Shown in pieces: positions 47,952 to 56,965 of a DNA stretch of 56,965 nucleotides. This DNA is from an uncultured Spirochaetales bacterium (GTDB lineage: Bacteria > Spirochaetota > Spirochaetia > JABEVK01). The notes beneath the pieces were generated by a model that saw nothing but the letters and a program-made list of their open reading frames with translations, made no database searches and was not told the origin of the DNA. How positions within the stretch are numbered: the first letter of the stretch is position 1; each line of letters starts with the position of its first letter. Both the position numbers and the translations under genes were made by a program. The stretch lies in the NCBI GenBank assembly GCA_964475005.1, contig CAYYUZ010000006.1, positions 1-56,965 on the forward strand, given 5' to 3'.

Positions 47952-49021
47952 GAATCACTGCCGCGCTACTTTTGGGTCTCTTCTTTGCGTCTTGCTCGCC
48001 CGAACACTTTCCGCTCGTGGTTATTCATGGTCGGACCTACCTTGAAGGCCGCGACGCCTTGGGTCGGGCTGTGCGATTTTCCGTCGACACAGGGTCGGAC
48101 CGAAGTTTCTTGTCACGATCTTGGGTGGAGGAGGTTGGGGGGCAAGTGACGCCTGGTTCTCCCGGAAGCTGGGGCGGAATCCGCCTGTTCGCCCAATGGA
48201 GGGAGAGGGCCAAAAGGGTTCCTGTCCCTGAAGGAGTTCCCGCCGTTCTTGAGGGCCTTCCGGCCGCTCGCGGCAGTCCTTCGAGCCCTCTTGCAGGGGC
48301 CGTTCCCACCGTCGGGCTGTTGGGCACCGATGTTCTTTGGGATTGGTCCATCGATTTCCGCGGTGAAGTTCCCTACCTCGTCCATGGTTCGGTATCGACT
48401 ACGGGCCGCACCGTCGGGCAGGTCCTTGTTCAGGACGACGGTCGGTTTGCCGTTTCGGTGGAGGACGGGGTGGAAAGCTCGCTACCGGGCCGGGCAGTGG
48501 TCGACACCGGATCGCCTTTTCCCGTCGTCCTGTTTCAAGGCGATCCCCCTCAAGGGGTGTACTCTGTGCAGAATGCGCGCAGTCCCCTGACCGCCAACGG
48601 CACCTTGACCCGATTTTTTTCCATCGGAGACTTTCATGTCGGCCGGTTTCGGTTTCCGACCCTTGCGCTGTCGGGAGAATTTGCCGGTGCGCGGATTCTC
48701 CTTTTAGGAACCCCAGCCTTGCAGGCTCTTGGCGCCATTGTCGATTTGAGGGATTGGAACCTGATTCTGAGTCCCCGAGTCAAAGAGGTAGAGCTCACTG
48801 TCGACTCGCCCGAGGCTTGGGCCTGGTCGGCCACGGTGTTGCCCGGACGGGGAATTCGTGTCGACGGCGTGGTCGAAGGTTCCTCGCTGGCGCGCCGGGG
48901 CCTCAAGGCAGGCGACGTGGTCGCCAAGATCGGCGCCGAGCCCGCGGACCAACCGCGGTCCGTGCTCGAATGGAAACGCGCTTGGCGGGCGTTCGCCCTC
49001 GAAGCTCCCGCTACTCCTTGA
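47942..49021 (+). CDS. Lipoprotein with two retropepsin-like aspartyl protease domains and a PDZ domain
   Basis: LFFASC lipobox, two DTGS motifs, GLKAGDVV.KIG PDZ signature. Confidence 0.7.
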   Translation: MGLRITAALLLGLFFASCSPEHFPLVVIHGRTYLEGRDALGRAVRFSVDTGSDRSFLSRSWVEEVGGQVTPGSPGSWGGIRLFAQWRERAKRVPVPEGVPAVLEGLPAARGSPSSPLAGAVPTVGLLGTDVLWDWSIDFRGEVPYLVHGSVSTTGRTVGQVLVQDDGRFAVSVEDGVESSLPGRAVVDTGSPFPVVLFQGDPPQGVYSVQNARSPLTANGTLTRFFSIGDFHVGRFRFPTLALSGEFAGARILLLGTPALQALGAIVDLRDWNLILSPRVKEVELTVDSPEAWAWSATVLPGRGIRVDGVVEGSSLARRGLKAGDVVAKIGAEPADQPRSVLEWKRAWRAFALEAPATP

Positions 49022-49370
49022 GTGCCTCTTCGGTATCGGCCAAGTTCAACTTGGCGCTCTCCATCGAGGAATCGCGCTTCAAGGCCTCGACAAACTTGTT
49101 CTTGGCTTGCTCGTAATCGCCGCGGACAAAGAATGTGACACCCCAATTATTCCAGGCCTTCGCGAACGACGGGTCCAGAAGGACGGCTTTTTCATAGCAT
49201 TCGGCCGCAGCGGAGATTCGACCGTCTTCGTCGAAAATGATGCCGATCTCGTTCCAAGCCGGGGCGCTGGCGGCGTCGTTGCCTGCAGCTTCCTCAAAGG
49301 CTTCAAGAGCTTGTTCGATTTGGCCTTCCTGCTTGAACAGAAGGCCCTCGTAGTATCGGTCGAGGTCCAT
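49011..49370 (-). CDS. TPR-repeat protein
   Basis: AWNEIG, YEKAVLLDP.FAKAWNNWG repeats. Confidence 0.85.
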   Translation of the reverse strand: MDLDRYYEGLLFKQEGQIEQALEAFEEAAGNDAASAPAWNEIGIIFDEDGRISAAAECYEKAVLLDPSFAKAWNNWGVTFFVRGDYEQAKNKFVEALKRDSSMESAKLNLADTEEALKE

Positions 49371-49453
49371 GGTGCTACGATACCAGAGCCAAGAGGAATT
49401 TTGAACCAGGGCCAGTTCTTGCTTAATTGGGGGGATTTGCCCAAGATACTTCT

Positions 49454-50131
49454 ATGAATGAACGTATTCTCGTGGTCGAAGACGAAGCCAAGATCGCCAA
49501 TTTTTTGAAGAAAGGGTTGGAGGAGGAGGGGTACCACGCCGATGTCGCTGAAGATGGCAAGCAGGGTCTTGAGGCGGCCCTGTCGCGTACCTACGAGTTG
49601 ATTGTTCTCGACATCGGGTTGCCCGAGGTCGACGGCATGGAGGTCTGCCGCGAGCTTCGCGCCCAGGGTCGGCTGACCCCTGTCATCTTCCTGACCGCCC
49701 GCGATTCCGTGCACGACAAAGTGGTCGGCCTCGACCTCGGCGCTGACGACTACCTCACCAAGCCCTTCGCCTTTGAGGAGTTCCTGGCCAGGGTCCGCAC
49801 GCTGTTGCGCAAGGCCCAGCAGAAGGCCGACACAAGACTGAGGTTTGCCGACCTGGTTCTTGACACCAAGAGCCGCAAAGTCGAGCGCAATGGGCAAGCG
49901 ATCGACCTTTCTACCAAGGAGTTTGCCCTCCTTCAGTATCTGTTGGAGAACCAGGGAACTGTGCTCTCGCGCATGGACATCAGCGAAAAAGTCTGGGACA
50001 TCCATTTCGACACGAGCACCAACGTTATTGACGTGCACATCAACCGATTGCGAAAGAAAGTTGACCACGACTGGCCGGTCAAGCTGATTCAGACGGTTCG
50101 GGGGGCCGGCTACACCCTTGGCCAAGAATAG
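49454..50131 (+). CDS. OmpR-family response regulator
   Basis: ILVVEDE, LDIGLP, GADDYLTKPF, IQTVRGAGY. Confidence 0.95.
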   Translation: MNERILVVEDEAKIANFLKKGLEEEGYHADVAEDGKQGLEAALSRTYELIVLDIGLPEVDGMEVCRELRAQGRLTPVIFLTARDSVHDKVVGLDLGADDYLTKPFAFEEFLARVRTLLRKAQQKADTRLRFADLVLDTKSRKVERNGQAIDLSTKEFALLQYLLENQGTVLSRMDISEKVWDIHFDTSTNVIDVHINRLRKKVDHDWPVKLIQTVRGAGYTLGQE

Positions 50132-51569
50132 GAGCATCCGGTTCACGCTGACCTTTCAGCTGACGGTCTTTCTCTTCTTTATCATCACACTGTTTGCGGC
50201 CCTCGTGCTTAACCGTTTCCAAGAGGTGCTTTACGACGATACCGACGCGCTGTTGCGCTCTAAGGTCGAAGGGCTCGAAGATTCCATGAACATCTACTGG
50301 GTGATCTACGCCAAGACCCCGGTGAACGAACAGAATTTCACCCAGATCGCGCGTGACTGGATCAACGCCAACGCCGGTTCCAATTCACCGCTCTTGGCTG
50401 ACCTGATCGTGCGCATCTACAAGACCGACGGCACCCCGGTGGGGACCAACCGCAAGGACCTCGACGAGGTGCAGATCAGCAGGAAACTCCTCAAGGAACT
50501 CAGGGAGAAGAAGTCTCTGGTTCAGAACGTGGCGCTCAGAAACATGGTCGGGTTCGATGTTCGCGCCGAGAGTCTGTTGACCTATGTGGAGACCAAGCGC
50601 CAAGCGTACATCATTCAGACGGCCCTTGAGAACCGCAAGATCGAAGACCCCTTGTATCGGCTGCAAGTCGTTATCCTCATCCTTTTGCCGCTCTTTCTGA
50701 TCGTCGGCGCCCTGTTGGAGTGGATGCTGATCCGGCGTTCGCTGGTGTCTCTTGGAACTTTCATGGAGGGGCTCCGCCTGACCGAGGGTGGCGGCCACCG
50801 CAAGCCGTTTGATCCGCAGATGTTTGCCGAAACCGAAACCCGCGACCTCGCGGTGACGTTCAACGCCATGATGAGCCGCATCGAAGAGGCTTTCGACCAG
50901 CAGGGAAGGGTGTTTGAGGATCTGTCTCACCAACTCAAGACTCCGCTCGCGGTCATGCGCGGCGAGGTCGAGATCGCCCTTAAGAAGCGCCGGACCATCG
51001 CCGACTATCAGCACATCTTGGCCTCCTCTCTCGAGGAAGTCGAAAGGATGGGCGCCATTGTCGAGAACCTCTTGAAGCTGGCGCGGTTCGACGCCCAAGA
51101 AGTGCGGTTGGAAATCACCGCGGTCGCGCTGAGACCTTTTTTGGAGTCGTTGCTGAATCAAGTCGCCAAGTTGGCCGACACCCGCGAGGTGGAGCTGGCT
51201 CTGGACTGCCCGGAAGAGCTCACGATTCGCGCGGACCGCTTCAAACTCGAACAGGCGCTTTCGAACCTGCTGGACAACGCGATCAAATACGCCCGGGCCA
51301 GGACGACGGTCACCCTTTCGGCCGCCGTTGAGGGCGGATCGGCGATGCTCCGTGTCCACGATATTGGCGCCGTCATTCCGGCCGAGGAGCATCCTCAAGT
51401 GTTCGAACGCTTCTGGCGGAGCCGGTCGACCATGCGCGAGAAGGGCTACGGTTTGGGGCTCTCCATCGTCAAGGCGCTTGTCGAAATGCACGGCGGCACG
51501 GTGTCGGTCACCAGCAGCGAGGAAAAGGGAACCGAGTTCCTCGTTAAGTTTCCCCTTGTCTCCTTGTAG
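50118..51569 (+). CDS. Membrane sensor histidine kinase
   Basis: Two TM segments, HAMP-like region, SHQLKTPLAV, NLLDNAIKY, GYGLGLSI. Confidence 0.92.
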   Translation: MAKNRSIRFTLTFQLTVFLFFIITLFAALVLNRFQEVLYDDTDALLRSKVEGLEDSMNIYWVIYAKTPVNEQNFTQIARDWINANAGSNSPLLADLIVRIYKTDGTPVGTNRKDLDEVQISRKLLKELREKKSLVQNVALRNMVGFDVRAESLLTYVETKRQAYIIQTALENRKIEDPLYRLQVVILILLPLFLIVGALLEWMLIRRSLVSLGTFMEGLRLTEGGGHRKPFDPQMFAETETRDLAVTFNAMMSRIEEAFDQQGRVFEDLSHQLKTPLAVMRGEVEIALKKRRTIADYQHILASSLEEVERMGAIVENLLKLARFDAQEVRLEITAVALRPFLESLLNQVAKLADTREVELALDCPEELTIRADRFKLEQALSNLLDNAIKYARARTTVTLSAAVEGGSAMLRVHDIGAVIPAEEHPQVFERFWRSRSTMREKGYGLGLSIVKALVEMHGGTVSVTSSEEKGTEFLVKFPLVSL

Positions 51570-51644
51570 GCTAAAGACTCCCCCAGTTTTTTCTTCGGCC
51601 CCTTGAACTGTGAACCCAGGTTGGTTATACTCTGACATAATTGT

Positions 51645-53222
51645 ATGAATACCACGATAATGTCAGTGAATATTCAGAAGACGACGTTGTCGTCAGTGGG
51701 TCTGCCGTTCCTGGCGCAAGTAGGGGCTCTGATCAGCGGGAGCGCCGACTTGGGCCAAACGCTCGCCGTGCTGCTGCGGATCATGGAGCGTCAGTTGGGC
51801 CTTCTTCGCGGCATGGTGACGCTCTACCACCGCTCATCAGGCAAGGTTCTTGCATGCGGAAGCCTCGGATTGACGGACGAAGAGGCCATCTTCGGTGTCT
51901 TTCCTCGGGCTTCAAACTTAACGAGCAAAGTTGTCGAGTTCGGTCGTCCCATCGTTGTGCGCGACATCCGAACGGAGCCTTCGTTGGCCAACACAGACCG
52001 AATCGTTTCCTCGGATGCGGAGGTTTCTTTTTTTTGTTTGCCCATCCTGCGAGGGAGCAAGGTTCTGGGGACCATCAGCGTTGAGACCCTCTTTGACGGC
52101 GAAGAGAACCTAGAACACCTCGTTGAGCTGCTTGGCGTTGTGGCCGTTTTGGTCGCGCAGGAAGCGGAACTCTACCTTCTGGAACGTGAGGAGCCGTCGC
52201 GGCTGGGGGAAGAAAACCGCAGGCTGCAAAATGAACTTCAGGCGCGGTATCGCCCCTCGAACATCCTGGGTGATTCGCCGGCGATGAGAACCGTATTCCA
52301 TTTTGTCGAGAAGGTCGCAAAATCTCGCGCTTCGGTCGTCATTCTGGGTGAGAGCGGCGTCGGTAAGGAACTTGTCGCCTCGGCGATTCACTATGCAAGT
52401 CCGTGGAGCGCGGGACCCTTTGTGCGGCTCAACTGCGCAGGCCTTCCGGAAGCCTTGGCGGACCAAGAGCTCTTTGGTTCCGAAAAAGGACTCTTCGAAG
52501 CGGCTAGAGGCGGGACCTTGTTTCTCGACGAAGTTGCCGAGCTTTCGCTGTCCTTGCAAGCCAAACTTCTGAATGCGCTTCACGAGAAACCAGACAGCAA
52601 CCCGGCACCGAAAGCCGGCCCAAGGGTGCTGGCCGCGACGCGTCGCGATCTCGAGGTGCTTGTGGCCCAAGGAAAGTTCCTCGAGGACTTCTTCTATCGT
52701 CTAGGCGGCTTTCCCATCACGGTTCCGCCGCTTCGCGACCGGGGGGGCGATGTGCTGACCTTGGCCGATCACTTTGTCACCAAAGCCGCGCGTGAGGCGG
52801 GAAAAACCATTCGTGGAATTTCGACACCTGCGATCAACCTGCTGATGGCGCATCCCTGGCCCGGCAACGTCCGCGAGCTGGAGAGTTGCCTGGAACGCGC
52901 CGTCCTGTTGACCGACGAGGAGTTTATTCACGCCCACCACCTGCCTCCGAGTCTTCATGCCAGCCAAGCGGGTTCGACTCGCGTGGCTGAACCCGCGCCG
53001 GTTCCCGGCCTTTCCCCTGGGACGACTTTGGAGGACCACTTGGGGTCGATCGAAAAGGCTTTTCTAGTTCGAACCCTCGAGGAAACCCGCGGCAACATGG
53101 CCGAAGCGGCCCGGCGACTGGGGCTCACCAAGAGGATGATGCTGCTGCGCATGGACAAGTTCGCCCTGGACTATCAAGTGTTCCGTCGAGCCGTAGCCGA
53201 AACTTCCGCCCTCCGGCGTTAG
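51645..53222 (+). CDS. GAF-AAA+-HTH NifA-like enhancer-binding protein lacking the GAFTGA loop
   Basis: GESGVGKE, LFLDE, WPGNVRELE, Fis-type HTH; QELFGSEKG joins directly to LFEAARGG. Confidence 0.85.
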   Translation: MNTTIMSVNIQKTTLSSVGLPFLAQVGALISGSADLGQTLAVLLRIMERQLGLLRGMVTLYHRSSGKVLACGSLGLTDEEAIFGVFPRASNLTSKVVEFGRPIVVRDIRTEPSLANTDRIVSSDAEVSFFCLPILRGSKVLGTISVETLFDGEENLEHLVELLGVVAVLVAQEAELYLLEREEPSRLGEENRRLQNELQARYRPSNILGDSPAMRTVFHFVEKVAKSRASVVILGESGVGKELVASAIHYASPWSAGPFVRLNCAGLPEALADQELFGSEKGLFEAARGGTLFLDEVAELSLSLQAKLLNALHEKPDSNPAPKAGPRVLAATRRDLEVLVAQGKFLEDFFYRLGGFPITVPPLRDRGGDVLTLADHFVTKAAREAGKTIRGISTPAINLLMAHPWPGNVRELESCLERAVLLTDEEFIHAHHLPPSLHASQAGSTRVAEPAPVPGLSPGTTLEDHLGSIEKAFLVRTLEETRGNMAEAARRLGLTKRMMLLRMDKFALDYQVFRRAVAETSALRR

Positions 53223-53347
53223 CCTGTCCTCTGCACTCGCCCGGTCCAATCCTTGACAGTCCTGAAAGCCACCAACGATACTTCGTAGCATCATGAACTT
53301 TGCTGGACCCGAAGAACATGCCGCTTCCCGAGTCAGGGGTCTGAGCC

Positions 53348-55513
53348 ATGTTGCGCCCCAATAGCCTCACCGTCGCCCAGAAGCTCCTGGGCCTCTGTCT
53401 GGTGCTGTACATCCTGACGGCCGTCGTCGTGACCGTGGGCGAGGTTGCCCTGGTTTCGACGCAGGCACGCCAAGAATCTGAGCATCAGATCGACTCGCTG
53501 GCCGAGACTCTTGGACCCCCGATTGCCCAAGCGCTGTGGAATTTCGACACCACAGGGTTGAAACTTCTCCTTCAGACGCTTTCTTCAGTTCCGGCAGTCG
53601 GCCGGGTCAAACTGGTCGAACAGAGCGGCCAGACCCTGCAATCCGGCCTTCAAACCGAGCTTGGGCCCCCGAAAACCTATCCGCTGCTGTACGACCACAG
53701 CGGTCGCCGCGAATACCTGGGCTTCCTGAGTCTGGAACCCTCAATGTCGAGCTCGCGTTCGGTGATCATCAACCTCCTCTGGGCGGCCGTCGGGCGGACC
53801 GCCATTTTGGTTGCCCTCCTGTCGATGGTCCTGGTTTTCGTCGTGAACCGGTCGGTGCGCGTTCCCCTTCGGCATCTAGCCGCCCAGATCACACGCCTCA
53901 ATCCGCAAACCGACAACCGCAGCGGCCTGGCCTTGGACCGCGGCTCTGGCGCCGAACTCGTCTTGGTGACCGACTCCTTCAACACTTTGCTGAATCAATT
54001 TCGGACGGCGTTGCGCGAGCTTGGCCTTCAAACGGCCCAGCTCAGAACCCTTCTCGACACCTCGCCCGACTTGATCTGGCTGAAAAACCCGCACGGGGTT
54101 TATCTGACCTGCAACCGTCGGATGGAAGGTCTTGTCGGCGTCTCCGAGCGGCAGCTTGTGGGAAAGTCCGAACACGAATTGCTGGATTCGAAATTGGCTG
54201 ACACGCTTCAAGCCCTCGACGCGCAAGCCTTTGCCGCCGGAAAAGCTACGACCAGCGAGCAAGAGCTTGTCTTTTTCGATGGCCACAAGGAATTCGTAGA
54301 GACCGTGATGACACCCATCTCGAACCCGGCCGGACAGGTTGTCGGGATTCTGGGAATTGGCCGAGACCTGACCGAACGTAAACGCGCAGAAGCCGAAAAG
54401 CAACTGATTGAGGCCCACTTTCAACAGTCGAGGAAGATGGAGAGTCTCGGCAACCTGGCCGGTGGAATTGCCCACGACATGAACAACGTCTTGGGGGCGA
54501 TTCGCGTCCTCGCTTCGGCCAGCTTGACCAACCATCCCGTCGGCAGCGCGGAGTATCGGACCTTCGAGATCATCAACAACGCCACCGAGCGCGGTGGCAA
54601 GATGGTTCAGAGCCTGTTGGGTTTTGCGCGGCAGAGTCCCGCCGAGGAAAGGGAACTGAACCTTAACGCCATTATTGAGGAAGAAGCCATTCTGCTGGAA
54701 CGGACCCTCTTGGCCAAGGTTCGGATCGAGCTCGCGCTGGAAGACGGGCTGCCCTCGATTCGCGGCGACGCCAGCGCGATCAGCAACGCGGTCATGAACC
54801 TCTGCATCAACGCCTTCGACGCGATGCCCGAATCGGGAACGCTCACCCTGCGTACCCGAAACCGGGGCACCACTGTGGAGCTCGAGGTGCAGGATACCGG
54901 CGTCGGCATGCCCAAGGAAATTCTGGAAAGGGCGATGGACCCCTTCTTCACGACAAAACCCGTGGGCAAGGGGACGGGCCTGGGTCTCTCGCTGGTTTAC
55001 GCGATGGTCACGGCGCACAAAGGACGAATGGACCTTCACAGCGAGCCGGGGCGCGGGACCGTCGTCAAGTTGGTCTTTCCGGCCGTCGCGGCGTCCTCGC
55101 CGCCAAAGGAAGTCCGTGCCCAGACCTCGACCTCCGAACGGCCTCCGTCGTTTCACATTATGCTTGTCGACGACGACGCGTTGATTCGAAGCTCGGTGGA
55201 GGAGACACTAAAGCTCCTGGGCCATTCAGTGACTACCGCCCCCAACGGCGAGCAGTCGCTGGCTTTGGTCGAGGCTGGTTTGCGCCCCGATCTGGTCCTC
55301 ATCGACATCAACATGCCGGGCTTGGGCGGTCACGGAACGATTCCCCATCTGAGGCAGCTTCTGCCCACGGTGCCGGTTCTTCTCATGTCGGGACGCGTCG
55401 ACCAGTCGGCCTTGGATCTTGCCGCCTCGCACTCGGGGGTCAGCCTGCTGTCGAAACCGTTCACCGTGAGGGAACTGAGCGAGAAACTCCTGTTGGTTCT
55501 TCAAGAGATTTAG
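53348..55513 (+). CDS. Hybrid sensor kinase (periplasmic-PAS-HisKA-HATPase-REC)
   Basis: [39 protein letters not shown]-terminal REC. Confidence 0.92.
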   Translation: MLRPNSLTVAQKLLGLCLVLYILTAVVVTVGEVALVSTQARQESEHQIDSLAETLGPPIAQALWNFDTTGLKLLLQTLSSVPAVGRVKLVEQSGQTLQSGLQTELGPPKTYPLLYDHSGRREYLGFLSLEPSMSSSRSVIINLLWAAVGRTAILVALLSMVLVFVVNRSVRVPLRHLAAQITRLNPQTDNRSGLALDRGSGAELVLVTDSFNTLLNQFRTALRELGLQTAQLRTLLDTSPDLIWLKNPHGVYLTCNRRMEGLVGVSERQLVGKSEHELLDSKLADTLQALDAQAFAAGKATTSEQELVFFDGHKEFVETVMTPISNPAGQVVGILGIGRDLTERKRAEAEKQLIEAHFQQSRKMESLGNLAGGIAHDMNNVLGAIRVLASASLTNHPVGSAEYRTFEIINNATERGGKMVQSLLGFARQSPAEERELNLNAIIEEEAILLERTLLAKVRIELALEDGLPSIRGDASAISNAVMNLCINAFDAMPESGTLTLRTRNRGTTVELEVQDTGVGMPKEILERAMDPFFTTKPVGKGTGLGLSLVYAMVTAHKGRMDLHSEPGRGTVVKLVFPAVAASSPPKEVRAQTSTSERPPSFHIMLVDDDALIRSSVEETLKLLGHSVTTAPNGEQSLALVEAGLRPDLVLIDINMPGLGGHGTIPHLRQLLPTVPVLLMSGRVDQSALDLAASHSGVSLLSKPFTVRELSEKLLLVLQEI

Positions 55514-55556
55514 CGGTCCGCCGTTTCGGGGCACAGCAAAAAAAAGGAGGTCTTGA

Positions 55557-56315
55557 ATGATTTTACGACCCCGCCCGTGGTTCCTCGCCAGCCTTGCCTC
55601 AACCCTCCTGTTGTTGGGTCTCACGGCCTTCGCCCAGACCGTTCCGCGGTTGGTCCTTCCGCAAATCGACGGTCTTATCGAGCCCGATGGCAGCGGATCC
55701 TACCAGAAGGTTCTTTCGCAGGCGGCTCAAGAGGCCGGGGTGGAGTTCACGGCCGACGTTTACCCGCGGGCCCGAGCCTTGGCGCTCTTCCTCGACCGAA
55801 AGTACGATGGCATCTTCACCTTCACGCAAACCGCGCGCGACAAGTTCGGGGTCACAGCCATCGTGGCCGGCTACCCGTTGGGTGCCTACAGGGGTTACGT
55901 CTTCCGTGCGAAAGGGAGGTCGGCCGTATCGCAGTTCACCGAACTTTCCGGCAGGATTGTCGGAGGCGTCGTCGGATTTGACGGCACCTACGGGGCGGTC
56001 GTGCGTGCCGGAGCGGTGCTCGAACTTGTCAACGACGACTCGCTCAACCTGGCCAAACTCCGCGTTGGTCGGCTCGACGCCATGCTTGGCTTCCTTCCCG
56101 ACCTTTACAACCAGTTGGACCAGCTTTCCTTCGACCCCGCGGCCCCATTCTTTGAGTCGTTCGACCGCCTGACCTTGTTCAACTCGCCCGAAAACCGGCT
56201 TTGGCTCGAAAAGATCTCGGTGGCTTTGAAAAAGATGCATACGACCGGGGCGGTGGCGGCGTTAGTCGGCCCCTCGTACCTTCCCGTCGTGGGCAACTTT
56301 CCCCTCGACAAGTAG
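55557..56315 (+). CDS. Substrate-binding protein, family 3-like
   Basis: Signal peptide, YPRARAL..F, LAKLRVGRLDA. Confidence 0.75.
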   Translation: MILRPRPWFLASLASTLLLLGLTAFAQTVPRLVLPQIDGLIEPDGSGSYQKVLSQAAQEAGVEFTADVYPRARALALFLDRKYDGIFTFTQTARDKFGVTAIVAGYPLGAYRGYVFRAKGRSAVSQFTELSGRIVGGVVGFDGTYGAVVRAGAVLELVNDDSLNLAKLRVGRLDAMLGFLPDLYNQLDQLSFDPAAPFFESFDRLTLFNSPENRLWLEKISVALKKMHTTGAVAALVGPSYLPVVGNFPLDK

Positions 56316-56460
56316 GGCAGTATTCTTTAACCGATTTGTCCGGCGATGTCCTAAGACAGGACGCTTGACCCACGTTTCCACCTGGGGTGTACACAAGAGC
56401 AACCTCGAGGTGCTGGCCCGTCGGGAGCGGACGCTGTAGGCTCAGAACAGGGGGAGCACC

Positions 56461-56965
56461 ATGGCATTTGGACCGCAATTGTCGGATCTTCGGAGGACTC
56501 GAGGCTTGTCGCAGGAATCTCTGGCCGAGAAACTAGGGGTTTCGCGTCAGGCCGTCGCTAAATGGGAAGGCGGTCAATGCCTGCCCGAACTCGAGACCTT
56601 ACTGGCCGTCGCCGATTTGTTTCAAACCAGCCTCGACCGCCTTGTAAGGGAGCTCGACAATTGCAGCGCCGTCTCTAGGGCATCGGTCCCCGTGAACGAC
56701 GCCGTCGCGGATTTTCTGGTGCGGGCCAAACGCGCCACGTATGCTGGCAAAGGACCCCAAGGCGCCTCTTCGCGACCAGCTTCGCACGACTTCCGCTACA
56801 CGGAGGCCAACCTCCTCTACGTTGACACCTACCTGGGCGCCTCTCCCTTTGCCGGCCAAGAGGCCCTCTGGGACGACGAGGTTCCCTTTTGGGCCATGAA
56901 CTACGTGGGACGTGTCACAGACGAAGGTTTTTCGGGGGATTTTCTCAAAGACTGCCTGGCGTTGG
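56461..56965 (+). CDS. XRE-family HTH fused to a DUF5680-like domain (runs off the right edge)
   Basis: GGGGAG RBS; RGLSQESLAEKLGVSRQAVAKWE, then FLVRAKRATYAG...D.YLG...FAGQE.LW....PFWAMNY. Confidence 0.8.
   Translation, partial: MAFGPQLSDLRRTRGLSQESLAEKLGVSRQAVAKWEGGQCLPELETLLAVADLFQTSLDRLVRELDNCSAVSRASVPVNDAVADFLVRAKRATYAGKGPQGASSRPASHDFRYTEANLLYVDTYLGASPFAGQEALWDDEVPFWAMNYVGRVTDEGFSGDFLKDCLAL

Noticed and set aside
50385-51638. 417-aa antisense ORF, and similar long ORFs at 53876..55156, 40107..41189, 49079..50146
   Set aside because: Antisense shadows of well-supported GC-rich genes

Overview
The window has two parts separated by a tRNA-fMet gene (30249-30321, minus strand). Left part, 1 to about 30250: a genomic island whose tyrosine integrase abuts the tRNA 3' end; its far boundary is not visible in the window. 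Its cargo is a radC tail and a frameshifted SLOG gene, MFS and MarC genes, a His-rich small protein, a hybrid kinase/HD-GYP pair, and a serine resolvase with a res-like site. It also carries a defence cluster (a Druantia type III-like DruH/DruE pair, McrBC with an Mrr_N-type N-terminus, and a coupled DUF6932-like nucleotidyltransferase plus an unknown partner), an AraC/SDR pair, a truncated yciI fused to a degenerate orphan type I-E-like CRISPR array, and a two-gene cassette bounded by a 25-bp repeat of the integrase 3' end. Right part, about 30340 to the end: apparently core chromosome, plausibly of a spirochaete (inference from gene style only). It holds a methyltransferase-crtI-crtB-lycopene cyclase-hisC operon preceded by a 22/23-bp-period GATA-NN-TATC box array, a CHASE2 adenylate cyclase divergent from a barrel/FecR/lipoprotein operon, a deoxynucleoside kinase, slyD, ExbBD-TonB, two-component systems, a NifA-like activator lacking GAFTGA, and a partial XRE-DUF5680 gene. 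All family names come from motif recognition by eye; no searches were run.
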